DNA from: a virus
DNA: 64,000 nt
IMG/VR virus record: IMGVR_UViG_3300016471_000517
Location: 1-64,000 of that record
Reading direction: 5' to 3' (one strand)
Shown: positions 43,773-52,904 of the stretch, piece by piece
How positions within the stretch are numbered: position 1 is the stretch's first letter
Layout of the letters: each line of letters starts with the position of its first letter
The notes under the pieces: model-generated
Database searches by the model: none
What the model saw: the letters and a program-made list of their open reading frames with translations, nothing else
Told to the model about the DNA's origin: nothing
Position numbers and translations under genes: made by a program

Positions 43773-44046
43773 TAAACACGGAATGTCTGAAGAGCGTTGG
43801 AACTACCTCATGCAGCCCTTTGATGACAATTGGGATGTCATGCTCACGGCAGAGGAACTGAAAAATGGATGGCATTGGTGTGATGAATGGGACGGGCTTC
43901 TAATTCATGTGGATGAACGTGAGTTTGAGCATTGCAAATGTGATTTTATGAAAAAGTTTCGGACTCCTGAGAGACTTCAGAGAATGAAGCAGGAACAGGC
44001 GATGGATAAACTCGCAGACCTTGATGAAGAACTTGGATTGCACTAA
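43765..44046 (+). CDS. hypothetical protein
   Basis: LTAEELKNGWHWCDEWDGLLIH..E..CKC; AGGAGG SD. Confidence 0.7.
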   Translation: MCDKHGMSEERWNYLMQPFDDNWDVMLTAEELKNGWHWCDEWDGLLIHVDEREFEHCKCDFMKKFRTPERLQRMKQEQAMDKLADLDEELGLH

Positions 44047-44058
44047 TAAATATTCTAA

Positions 44059-44817
44059 ATGCACTACACAACAGTCTTTCTGTCAGACTTTCACCTTGCC
44101 TCCAAAAAAGCAAAGTACAAGCCTCTCATAGACTTCTTGAAGTCCAATACCTTTGATAACATCTACTTGGTAGGTGACATCATAGACATTTGGAGATTCA
44201 AGGACGCATTCTCCATGAAACATGAGAAGCAGATTGGACAGGTTGAAGTCGTGGAAAGACTGTTGAAACTTTCTCGTAAAGGAACCAAGATTCATTACAT
44301 CTATGGAAACCATGACGAGTTCATGGCAAAGTTCATAGGGCATGAAATATTTGGAAATATTTCTCTGTACGAGAGAATGGATTACACCACCAAGAACGGA
44401 AAGAAGTTTCTCGTTCTTCACGGACATCAGTTTGATTTGCTAACCAAGTATCCAATCAGTTCTTCTCTTTACAAACTTGGAGACATTGGATACGAAATTA
44501 TGCTTGATCTAAATGAAATTTTCAATTGGTGTCGTAGAGCATTAGGAATGCGATACTGGTCTTTGTCCAAGTATGTAAAGATTAAAGTAAAGAGGGCAGC
44601 ACAGTTCATTGAAAGTTTTGAAGATGTTATATGCAGATACGCCAAGGACAAGAAGTATGATGGTGTAATCTGCGGTCATCTTCACAATCCAAAAATTGCG
44701 GAAGTGCATGGGACGGTATACGCAAACTGCGGATGCTGGACTGAAAAAGATAACTGCACTTTTCTCTATGAGGATAACAAAGGAGAACTGAAAATTGGAA
44801 CCTACGCAATCGAATAA
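44059..44817 (+). CDS. calcineurin-like metallophosphoesterase (LpxH-like)
   Basis: SDFHL, GDIID, GNHD, HGHQFD, CGHLH, N.G.W. Confidence 0.85.
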   Translation: MHYTTVFLSDFHLASKKAKYKPLIDFLKSNTFDNIYLVGDIIDIWRFKDAFSMKHEKQIGQVEVVERLLKLSRKGTKIHYIYGNHDEFMAKFIGHEIFGNISLYERMDYTTKNGKKFLVLHGHQFDLLTKYPISSSLYKLGDIGYEIMLDLNEIFNWCRRALGMRYWSLSKYVKIKVKRAAQFIESFEDVICRYAKDKKYDGVICGHLHNPKIAEVHGTVYANCGCWTEKDNCTFLYEDNKGELKIGTYAIE

Positions 44818-45105
44818 TCATCTTTATGACGATTATAGACCTACAAAATGGCATGATCCATTTGTTCTATATGGTTGCTTGATACTACTAATTCCTGTGG
44901 TATTATATGGAATTATGTGTGGAATAATTCGGGATACAATAAAACCACCAAAGTCAACAAAAACTTGTATGAACTCTGGTAAGCAATAAATGGATAAAAA
45001 AATTCCAATATTCTGGTTTTTCTTTTTTACTTTCATGCCAGTCTTTATGATGGCACTAAGCGAAATCATTATTTGGATAGATGAAGTAATAATAAATAAA
45101 CTAGA

Positions 45106-45179
45106 TAGGCATTAACTCAGCTTGGTAGAGTGCTTGCTTTGGGAGCAAGATGTCGTTGGTTCAAATCCAGCATGCCTAA
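45106..45179 (+). tRNA. tRNA-Pro(UGG)
   Basis: TAGGCAT/ATGCCTA acceptor; CTTGC-TTTGGGA-GCAAG arm. Confidence 0.9.
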
Positions 45180-45181
45180 TT

Positions 45182-45508
45182 ATGTGTGACTCAAAAAATT
45201 ATTATAGAAAACTAGCAAGACAAGCCGTAAAAAAACAATACGATGAGTACATGAAAGACAAAAAGTGTGCTCATTGTGGTAATGATGATATAAGAGTTTT
45301 GCAATGGCATCATTTGGATCCATCACAAAAAGATGCAAATGTTCCCAATCTTGTCTCAAGATACAAGTGGAAAAGAGTACTTGCTGAAATAAGTAAGTGC
45401 ATATGCCTTTGTGCAAATTGTCATTGTATAGAACACCATGTAAACAGAGACAAGTATAAGTACAAACTTAAAAATTTATTCTTGCCTCTTCCTTTTCTTG
45501 ATACATAA
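45182..45508 (+). CDS. HNH endonuclease
   Basis: CAHCG..LQWHHLDP..K..E..KC..LCANCH..H. Confidence 0.85.
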   Translation: MCDSKNYYRKLARQAVKKQYDEYMKDKKCAHCGNDDIRVLQWHHLDPSQKDANVPNLVSRYKWKRVLAEISKCICLCANCHCIEHHVNRDKYKYKLKNLFLPLPFLDT

Positions 45509-45515
45509 TACACCT

Positions 45516-45680
45516 ATGAAAACTATTCTAAACAAACTTACCGTACCTTTTCTTGTCTTTCTTGGCTTTAACATGATTGGTTTTTGTTATCACAAAAACT
45601 ATGAAGGAGCAGTTGCTGGCAGTCTTGTTGGAATGCTTGTTGCAATTCTTGTACTAGAAGTCAAAGTTAAATTGGATTAA
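45516..45680 (+). CDS. small two-TM membrane protein
   Basis: TTGCCT/CATAAT-6nt-ATG; hydrophobic. Confidence 0.6.
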   Translation: MKTILNKLTVPFLVFLGFNMIGFCYHKNYEGAVAGSLVGMLVAILVLEVKVKLD

Positions 45681-45692
45681 TGGATAGTAGTC

Positions 45693-45766
45693 GGCCCTTT
45701 CGTCTAGTCGGTCTAGGACACGGCCCTTTCAAGGCCATAACATGGGTTCGAATCCCGTAAGGGTCA
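45693..45766 (+). tRNA. tRNA-Glu(UUC)
   Basis: GGCCCTT/AAGGGTC acceptor; GGCC-CTTTCAA-GGCC arm. Confidence 0.92.
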
Positions 45767-45768
45767 TT

Positions 45769-45996
45769 ATGACATTGCCACACGAAGAATACAATAGTCT
45801 TACAAATACAAGAGAATTTTTATACGATCTTTTGGATGCACATAAGACACCAAACGTGCCAAAGGCAATCAGAGATCGTGCAAGAGATGTGTTGAAGCAT
45901 TATCCGTTTGACACAACTCTAAAGCAATTTTATAAAGAAAGCATGCATCATCCTGATCGTGGAATTCACGGATGGGGAAAAGGAAAAGACGAATGA
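45769..45996 (+). CDS. BPSL0761-like conserved protein
   Basis: MTLP.E....REFL..L..TP.VP..IR..A..L.HYP. Confidence 0.7.
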   Translation: MTLPHEEYNSLTNTREFLYDLLDAHKTPNVPKAIRDRARDVLKHYPFDTTLKQFYKESMHHPDRGIHGWGKGKDE

Positions 45997-46439
45997 ACAA
46001 TTCAATTGATAATCACCCAGATCAACTGGATAAACTAATTTCAAATTATCCAATTGTATTCAAGCACCTTGATAAAACTATATCTCATAATCTTCCTGCC
46101 GGTTGGTATAAGATTGTGGATAAACTGTGCTCAGAACTTACTCCAATTCTTCTTGAGGCTCTTGAAGAAAGTCCAGAGACTCCTGAAGAACCTCTATTCA
46201 GCGTTCTACAGGTCAAGGAGAAGTTTGGTGGTCTTCGATTTTATTACATGATGAATACGAAGGACGACGAACTTTATAAAAAGATTCAATCACTTGTTGA
46301 CGACGCTGAAGATGCTTCATATGTAACTTGTCAAGTAACTGGAAAGTTGGGTGCTTTGTCTAAAAGTGGTTCTCATTACATGACTTTGTGTGAAGATTCT
46401 CGCAATTCCATGAACTACAAGATTATTGGCAATGGATAA
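45993..46439 (+). CDS. conserved phage hypothetical protein
   Basis: GW..IV..LC..QVKEKFGGLRFY..S..TC..G. Confidence 0.75.
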   Translation: MNNSIDNHPDQLDKLISNYPIVFKHLDKTISHNLPAGWYKIVDKLCSELTPILLEALEESPETPEEPLFSVLQVKEKFGGLRFYYMMNTKDDELYKKIQSLVDDAEDASYVTCQVTGKLGALSKSGSHYMTLCEDSRNSMNYKIIGNG

Positions 46440-46986
46440 CAGAAACCTCATCGACCATTATAAATATTGGACTGATGATGCCATTAGAGCTGATCTTGAC
46501 GTTAAGCGCAATAACTTTTCTGTTGTCTGCTGCAACATTGGCAACGACTTTAATATTGCTACCGTTATACGGAATGCTAATGCGTTTCTGGCGAGAGAGG
46601 TTGTAATCTATGGTAACAAGAAATACGACCGACGAGGGACTGTTGGTACGCATCATTACACCAACTTCCGCCATGTCAAAAGCATTGAAAATCTCAGCAC
46701 CTATGTTGAAGAAGTTGTTTCCGAGTTTGAAGGAAAAGTTAAACTATTGGGAATTGACAATGTTTCTCAAGCACAAGATGTAAATGCATACGAATTCGAC
46801 CCAAGTATTCATTATGTGATGATTTTTGGACAGGAACAAATCGGTGTTCCCGAAAACGTTCTAAGTATGTGTGATGATCTTCTTTACATTCCTCAGTATG
46901 GTTCTGTGAGAAGCATCAATGTTGGTACGGCATCGGGAATTATTATGAACAATTACTGTGCTAAGGTTCACTCCCTTGTGAGGTAA
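46432..46986 (+). CDS. SpoU/TrmH-family RNA methyltransferase
   Basis: N..FNIATVIRNANAF, FGQEQIGV, IPQYGSVRSINVGTA. Confidence 0.88.
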   Translation: MDNRNLIDHYKYWTDDAIRADLDVKRNNFSVVCCNIGNDFNIATVIRNANAFLAREVVIYGNKKYDRRGTVGTHHYTNFRHVKSIENLSTYVEEVVSEFEGKVKLLGIDNVSQAQDVNAYEFDPSIHYVMIFGQEQIGVPENVLSMCDDLLYIPQYGSVRSINVGTASGIIMNNYCAKVHSLVR

Positions 46987-47042
46987 AGGTAGCCTATTAG
47001 ACTTTGATTCTAAGTGTAAACGTTCGAATCGTTTCAAGGGAA
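46972..47042 (+). tRNA. tRNA-Gln(UUG)
   Basis: TCCCTTG/CAAGGGA acceptor; TTAGA-CTTTGAT-TCTAA arm; overlaps the methyltransferase stop. Confidence 0.85.
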
Positions 47043-47091
47043 TTTAGTAGTATTTCTCACCGTCAAAACTTTATGTTACCTAAATATATAC

Positions 47092-47793
47092 ATGAAGAAA
47101 AAACATTCTCCAATATGGAAAATATCAAAAGATAGTTTAGAAAATATTGTAAAAAATTGTTCGACTGTTTCTTGTATACTATTACATTTTGGTTTATCTA
47201 ATAAGGGTGGAAACTATAAAACATTAAAGTCTAGACTGGAAGCTGATAATATAGATTTTAGTCATATTCAATTGGGAATTGGTGCAAATAAAAATAAAAC
47301 ATGGATTACGAAAACAAGAACTCCTTTTGATCAAATGTTTTGTGAAAATTCAATATTTACAAGAAATTCAATAAGAAAAAGAATTTTGATTGATAAATTA
47401 ATAGAACAAAAATGTGCTTTATGTAATTTACATAATGAATGGAATGGAAAAACTTTATCCCTCCATTTAGATCACATAAATGGAGATGGTACTGATAATA
47501 GTCTAAGCAATTTAAGATTTTTGTGTCCAAATTGCCATTCACAAACAGATACTTACGCTGGGAAAAAATTTAAAAAATACAATCTATGCCCATCTTGTAA
47601 TTGTCGTATTCATCACAAATCAAAACTATGTAAAAAGTGTTCTTCAAGTATTAGAAATAAAAAATTTGAAGTAACAAAAGAAGAATTAGAAACATTAGTA
47701 AAAAATAAACCGTTCACACAAATTGGAAAACTTTTTAATGTTTCAGATAATGCAATAAGAAAAAGATGTAAAGTTTTAGGAATTCAAATATGA
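47092..47793 (+). CDS. HNH homing endonuclease with zinc finger and HTH
   Basis: C..C..WNG..L.LHLDHINGD..DN...NLRFLCPNCHSQT; C-terminal IGK.F.VSDNAIRK. Confidence 0.9.
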   Translation: MKKKHSPIWKISKDSLENIVKNCSTVSCILLHFGLSNKGGNYKTLKSRLEADNIDFSHIQLGIGANKNKTWITKTRTPFDQMFCENSIFTRNSIRKRILIDKLIEQKCALCNLHNEWNGKTLSLHLDHINGDGTDNSLSNLRFLCPNCHSQTDTYAGKKFKKYNLCPSCNCRIHHKSKLCKKCSSSIRNKKFEVTKEELETLVKNKPFTQIGKLFNVSDNAIRKRCKVLGIQI

Positions 47794-48056
47794 AAGATAA
47801 ACAAATGAAACCAGTAGGAAAATGGATACTCGCAAAGTCTTTGATTGGTGGTCAGAAGACTACCGAAGCAGGAATCATTTATAATGAGAGATCTTCTTCG
47901 AAGATAATTCCTGCAAAAGTAGAAGCTATCGGAAATAAACTAACAGAAGACATTCAGGTTGGTGATACGATCTGGTGGGATGTCAGCAAAATTAAAGATG
48001 GCTATGCTGGCTCACACGTAGTTCACCAAGACTGGGTTGAGTTTGTAGAGCGATAA
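47790..48056 (+). CDS. GroES-like co-chaperonin
   Basis: MKPVG..IL..TT.AGII..A.V.AIG..I.VGD. Confidence 0.75.
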   Translation: MKDKQMKPVGKWILAKSLIGGQKTTEAGIIYNERSSSKIIPAKVEAIGNKLTEDIQVGDTIWWDVSKIKDGYAGSHVVHQDWVEFVER

Positions 48057-50291
48057 TTATTCTGGAACCCAAACATAATTTGGTGGGGTTGAAACATTTC
48101 TCTCAATCCATACTCCACACCCATTTCCTTCTACAGTTGTGTCTACCGTAATTGTAGAAGGAATATCTCCATCAGATCCGACTCTATTAAAAACAATAGT
48201 ACCATCTTGTCTAGTTGCACTTGGTGGTGCAGTTATTCTCCAAAGATATTTGCCAGTCTTTAATAAATAACCACCGCTTTTTGCCGTATTGATTATAGAA
48301 TCACCAATTAGCAATCTATCTACTGGGGTATTTATATCACCTGTTGAATTTGAGCAGGGTCTTGATTTTGAATTATAACTTATTGTTCTCCAATTATCAA
48401 GAGCTGTATTCATTTTTGCTGCAGTGAAAGAGCTTTGAGAATCAAATTGTATTACATACAGAACACCGTGTAATATGGTGTGATATACTAATTCATACCA
48501 ATATCTATAATCATTTGGATACATTGCTGGGATTCCACCAATCCCATTTACAGATATCCAAGGAGTGTGAACCTGCCAGAAATTTGGGTTTGAACGATGC
48601 ATATGACGAATCCACTTTAAATCGTCTATGAATTGTTTGTGTGACGCTTGGTTCCCCCAATTTTCATCAGAAATATTGTTGGCATATCTTACAAGATTTC
48701 CGGGACCTAGATAAGGATTTTCATTGTGGCCACACCAAGTATATCGTTCTCTGTCTGTAGATGGGTTGGTGATATATCCAGAAATGTAAGTTATTCCACC
48801 AAAAGTATTCCATATTATATTTCCACTCCAACTGTAGAATCCTTTTCCTCCGCTTGAATTGGCAAAATCTGGTTGACAAAAAACTTGATCATTAGAATCT
48901 CTTGCCAACCAAGCTTCTTCTGCAGATATTGGATAATTTTCATAATTAGAATAAGTACATCCCGAATATCTCTCAACTTCTTGAAATGCTTCTGTGAACA
49001 TTCTTGTTGCGTAGTATCCATTCATAAACTGATGTAAGGTACCATACCAAGCCGCTTGTTTGTACGTATCATCTATTTTTTCTGTATTTACTGGGCCAGG
49101 TCCAAAGAAACTAAACTGTTTAAAATAATCTCCAGCAGCGTTGTCAAAATCTCCTGGGTGGGTTATACCAGCCCATCTTGTTAGAAGTGTTCCAGCGGTT
49201 CCTGTGTAATTTGGCTGTGAACTTATAATTTTGTAATTGTCTATTACTGATTGTCCAACTGGCTTCCCTGTGTTTGGATCGATGAAAGATTCAAGTCTAT
49301 CGTCTACTACGACAGCCCCTATTATTCTTGCGTCTAAGGTCCATCCCCTATAGGAAGGGAAAGCAACTATTGGATTGCCATTTATGTCGAAACTAGTGGG
49401 TCTGGTGGTTGTCCATCCGGTGTTATAACCGTACAAACCGTATAATGGAGCAACGTTTTCCTTATCATCGCAGAAATAATCTATGTTTATATTTTGAGAA
49501 TCTAGGTAATTCAATACATTTAGTAAATGATTTTTACAATCAGTATATTGGTTATCTGCCCACGGACTTAAAAATCTTCCACCAGCAAATGTAAAACCAT
49601 CTGTAGTCGCTTTATAATAATCGTGTTTATCTCTTGTCCAAGAAGCCAAATCGTCCCAATACACATAAGTGCTTGCAACTCTTCTTGTTTCCGGGATTGT
49701 TTGTATTTTATTTAAAAAAGTTGTATAGCTCATAGAAACAGATGGCCCAGCTTGTCTGAATCCATTAAACACATTTGATGTTAATGCTGGCATTGGAACT
49801 ATTCCAAAAGTTGAATAGCTTTCTGTATTCCAATTCGGTGGATCATTGATAAACGACGTGGCCCATACTTCATAGTCCAAAGCAGATGTTGGTTCTGGCA
49901 ATGGTGGAAGACTAATTGTAGATTTTTTATTAAATTCATTGCTATATGCAAGATCAATCATGTCTCCAATCAACTGTTCTAATGTTGAAGCAATTTTTCC
50001 AAAAGAATTTGCCCAAGCATTTCTTGATTTACTATAATAAAAAACACCATATGGATTTGTAAAAAGAACCCAGTCATTTATCTGTTGTTTGTTATTTAAT
50101 TTATTTGGTGATCTGTTTATAAAGGAATTAACTTTATTTTGTAGTCCTTCATTTAAAGTTTTAAAATTTGTAGAATTTTCTTTTAAACTTTGATAAAGTT
50201 GCGTTATTTCATTTTTTCCAGGTAAATATCTTTGTTCAATTGCTCTTTTTGTAAAAATTTTCTTTATAAAATCTTCATTAGGATGATTCAT
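48057..50291 (-). CDS. 744-aa late protein, possibly glycoside-hydrolase-like
   Basis: Aromatic-rich long ORF; TAAATA upstream; function inferred only weakly. Confidence 0.6.
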   Translation of the reverse strand: MNHPNEDFIKKIFTKRAIEQRYLPGKNEITQLYQSLKENSTNFKTLNEGLQNKVNSFINRSPNKLNNKQQINDWVLFTNPYGVFYYSKSRNAWANSFGKIASTLEQLIGDMIDLAYSNEFNKKSTISLPPLPEPTSALDYEVWATSFINDPPNWNTESYSTFGIVPMPALTSNVFNGFRQAGPSVSMSYTTFLNKIQTIPETRRVASTYVYWDDLASWTRDKHDYYKATTDGFTFAGGRFLSPWADNQYTDCKNHLLNVLNYLDSQNINIDYFCDDKENVAPLYGLYGYNTGWTTTRPTSFDINGNPIVAFPSYRGWTLDARIIGAVVVDDRLESFIDPNTGKPVGQSVIDNYKIISSQPNYTGTAGTLLTRWAGITHPGDFDNAAGDYFKQFSFFGPGPVNTEKIDDTYKQAAWYGTLHQFMNGYYATRMFTEAFQEVERYSGCTYSNYENYPISAEEAWLARDSNDQVFCQPDFANSSGGKGFYSWSGNIIWNTFGGITYISGYITNPSTDRERYTWCGHNENPYLGPGNLVRYANNISDENWGNQASHKQFIDDLKWIRHMHRSNPNFWQVHTPWISVNGIGGIPAMYPNDYRYWYELVYHTILHGVLYVIQFDSQSSFTAAKMNTALDNWRTISYNSKSRPCSNSTGDINTPVDRLLIGDSIINTAKSGGYLLKTGKYLWRITAPPSATRQDGTIVFNRVGSDGDIPSTITVDTTVEGNGCGVWIERNVSTPPNYVWVPE

Positions 50292-50312
50292 AAAAATATT
50301 TATTCCAAAAGA

Positions 50313-50362
50313 AACAACCCCGAACTTCTCGGGGTTGTCGGACCTGAGATTCTATCTCGGGT
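50313..50362. terminator. tandem hairpins / terminator
   Basis: ACAACCCCGA..TCGGGGTTGT and CCTGAGAT..ATCTCGGG. Confidence 0.6.
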
Positions 50363-50391
50363 GGGGTTATCTTCTTCGTGACATGTGTTCA

Positions 50392-51003
50392 TCAGCTATA
50401 GTGTAAATGATCTCTTATTTTATCTAAGAAGTGTGCAGCTGGATGATTTCCGTGCCCAGCGTTATCCAATATTCTAATTGCTTTGGTCAAATCATTGATA
50501 TGCTTTTGTACATTTGCACCCTCTGGTATACGGCCACCTTGACCAATCATCAAAACTTCATCCTCTACATGTGGTAAAATTTGTCTATGAATTTCTGGAG
50601 GAAGTGGAGTGTACATTTCTGCATCTTCTGGCTCATAGCCTTCTGTGCTATTTTTGACAAAAAGATCTGCCAACATCTCTGATGGCAAACCTTTTTTAGA
50701 TTCATTTAATTTTCTTGGGAACCCACCATAAAAAATATAACCATCAGTTACAACGGTTCCTTCATTAATTGGTTTTTTCTTGTTTTTCATTTCTTGTCCT
50801 ATTGCTTCTCTTCTGTTTTTAAGATATTTGTCTCTTGATGTGTTTGCTTTTCCATCATTATCGATATCTTCATCTTCTTTGCCTACAGGATCTAGACTAG
50901 ACTTCTTTTTCTTCTTTTTCTTTGAAAGCATGGCTTCAAGAAGTTTAATTCTTTGTGTCAATTCTTCGCAAAGTTGTTTGTAATATAATCCAGAGTTTTT
51001 CAT
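50392..51003 (-). CDS. putative internal virion protein (YYK leader)
   Basis: LYYKQLCEELTQRIKLLE; LDPVGKEDEDIDNDG..DKYL.NRR.AI motif. Confidence 0.7.
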   Translation of the reverse strand: MKNSGLYYKQLCEELTQRIKLLEAMLSKKKKKKKSSLDPVGKEDEDIDNDGKANTSRDKYLKNRREAIGQEMKNKKKPINEGTVVTDGYIFYGGFPRKLNESKKGLPSEMLADLFVKNSTEGYEPEDAEMYTPLPPEIHRQILPHVEDEVLMIGQGGRIPEGANVQKHINDLTKAIRILDNAGHGNHPAAHFLDKIRDHLHYS

Positions 51004-51018
51004 AATAATATTTAGATA

Positions 51019-51483
51019 TTAAACCATTCCATGCATTCTTTTGAGACGGTCAACTTCGCCTCTCATATAGTTTCCTATTGCAGTGTTTGTTGTCTGCCAC
51101 GTTGCTTGCTGGGGAACTTCAACTTCAGCAGTTTCTGGGTTATCCGAATATCTTTGCAAAATATCTCTTAATCCATATTCACCAAGTCCATATGGTTCAA
51201 GGCCGTGCTGTGCTCTTGGATCAAGCGGATCTTGCGCCATGGGTGGTTGCATTCCTTGTTCTTCTTCAGCCGGAACTTCAGTTTCAGACTTTCTTCTTCT
51301 AGCTGATTTTCCTTTTGTACGAACAACAGGTTCTTCACCAACTTGATACGCAGGATCTTGTGCTGACATTCCAGGTGAAATAGATATCTGCTCATCCAAC
51401 AGTTTTAATTGTTGGATGAGCTTCAATCTCTGTTCTTCAAGAATTGCGCAACGAAGTTTGTAAAAATTATCTAATGGATGCAT
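51019..51483 (-). CDS. putative internal virion protein (degenerate YYK leader)
   Basis: NFYKLRC..LE; TAAATA upstream. Confidence 0.65.
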   Translation of the reverse strand: MHPLDNFYKLRCAILEEQRLKLIQQLKLLDEQISISPGMSAQDPAYQVGEEPVVRTKGKSARRRKSETEVPAEEEQGMQPPMAQDPLDPRAQHGLEPYGLGEYGLRDILQRYSDNPETAEVEVPQQATWQTTNTAIGNYMRGEVDRLKRMHGMV

Positions 51484-51492
51484 ACAACTTAT

Positions 51493-51864
51493 TTAATTAG
51501 ATTGTTGAAATGAATTTGATGGTGGTGGTGGTGGTGGTGGTACAGTCCCAAAATCATTTCCACCTCCAAAGAAGGGGACCCACGCAGGGTTCCAATGTGG
51601 TTGATAAGTTATAGGTCTACCGAAAAGATCTGAATCAATTTGGCGTGGTTGACCTTGAAAAACTTGATCTAATATTTGTTGATGGCTCGGGGGTTTTTTG
51701 TTCGGATATAATCTCTCAAATGCGTCAAGATAATTCCTAATCATAGCCATAAGCCGGTTTTCATCTACGTAACTTAACACAGGACCGTCTTCATTTAAAT
51801 AATTTAATTTATTTTCAAAAAGAGCTACTTTGTATTTGATAATATTTGAATATTTTTTATTCAT
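51493..51864 (-). CDS. late hypothetical protein
   Basis: TATAAATA upstream on minus; LNE site; poly-Pro tail. Confidence 0.65.
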   Translation of the reverse strand: MNKKYSNIIKYKVALFENKLNYLNEDGPVLSYVDENRLMAMIRNYLDAFERLYPNKKPPSHQQILDQVFQGQPRQIDSDLFGRPITYQPHWNPAWVPFFGGGNDFGTVPPPPPPPSNSFQQSN

Positions 51865-51892
51865 AATTCTTCCCGTAAAGTATTTATACCAA

Positions 51893-52198
51893 TAAAAATC
51901 CCGGTTTTTCAGATGCGGGAAAACCGGGAAACCCCACTGCTTTAAGCAGCCATCCGCATTGGTGCGGCTTTTATATTTGCAACTGTTTATTTACGACACT
52001 TGTTACCCGTGTCGGGTATCTCCTTCTTCATTACTCTGCGCCAATCGAAGCCATTTCAGCCCCTTAAATGCCCCGCTGCAACGAGGACTTGAATCGCCAT
52101 TCCCAGAGTTTGCAGAGGTTCTGGGTTAGGCTAATGGAGCCGAGGGGAATCGAACCCCTGTCTTGTTCGCATTTCAATCCGATATCAACAATACCGAT
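51893..52198 (-). ncRNA. ssrA: circularly permuted (two-piece) tmRNA
   Basis: 3' acceptor piece GACAGGGGTTCGATTCCCCTCGGCTCCA (ends 52135) precedes 5' piece GGGGCTGAAATGGCTTCGA (starts 52063); G3:U70 pair; tag ANIKAAPMRMAA* at 51980-51942. Confidence 0.9.
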
Positions 52199-52199
52199 A

Positions 52200-52814
52200 T
52201 TATTTATCTTCCTCAATATCGTAATAATATTGGTCATCTTCTCCGGTCAAAATCCAACGATCACTTTTATCTTCGCATCTATAAATTTTATTATCAACTT
52301 TATAATCTGGATTTTCTGGAAATGGTTTTGTAGTAAATGACATATGTTTCCAAAAAATTCTATTATTTGGTTGGAGTGTATAGTTTCCATCATCCAACTC
52401 AATCATATGTAAACATTTGTATTGGCTTGGTTCATCGCTAAAGGGATTTCCATACCAATCAAATGTCATCATGTAATTTCCCCAACAATGAGTTTTGTCT
52501 TTGAAAATTACCTTTGCTCTTGCAGGTTTTAAGTATTCATAAACAGTTACAGTGCAATTAATAGAAAAGCAATCCCAAAGTTGAAGATAATCGAGTGGCT
52601 TTCCTTGAGAGGGCTTACTGCAAAGTTTATGAACAGGAACTCTACTTCTTACGGTTCCATTGTCCAGAAGGACTGTGAACAGCATTGCTCTATCTGGATT
52701 TGACTGTGCCCCAAACACGGTAACTTTTTCATATTCGCCTTTAAATTTTTCATCTTGATAGAGATGTTCCTTTCTCAAGAGACAATAAAAGTGTGGAATA
52801 TTTAAGTTGTACAT
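52200..52814 (-). CDS. conserved phage hypothetical protein
   Basis: NIP.FYC..RKE.LY..LQLWDCFS..Y..T.DW..K..H..ELDDGN...QPNNR. Confidence 0.8.
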   Translation of the reverse strand: MYNLNIPHFYCLLRKEHLYQDEKFKGEYEKVTVFGAQSNPDRAMLFTVLLDNGTVRSRVPVHKLCSKPSQGKPLDYLQLWDCFSINCTVTVYEYLKPARAKVIFKDKTHCWGNYMMTFDWYGNPFSDEPSQYKCLHMIELDDGNYTLQPNNRIFWKHMSFTTKPFPENPDYKVDNKIYRCEDKSDRWILTGEDDQYYYDIEEDK

Positions 52815-52816
52815 AA

Positions 52817-52898
52817 TGCGAGCAGGAGGATTCGAACCTTCGTAGGCTATGCCATCTGATTTACAGTCAGACCTCGTTGACCACTTGAGTATACTCGC
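52817..52898 (-). tRNA. tRNA-Tyr(GUA)
   Basis: TCTGA-CTGTAAA-TCAGA arm; long variable arm. Confidence 0.92.
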
Positions 52899-52904
52899 TA
52901 AAAA

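Noticed and set aside
52064-52134. Firm call of a twister, pistol or HDV-like ribozyme
   Set aside because: Partial resemblance (GCCUAA..GGC, pseudoknot), but the conserved catalytic loops could not be matched by eye
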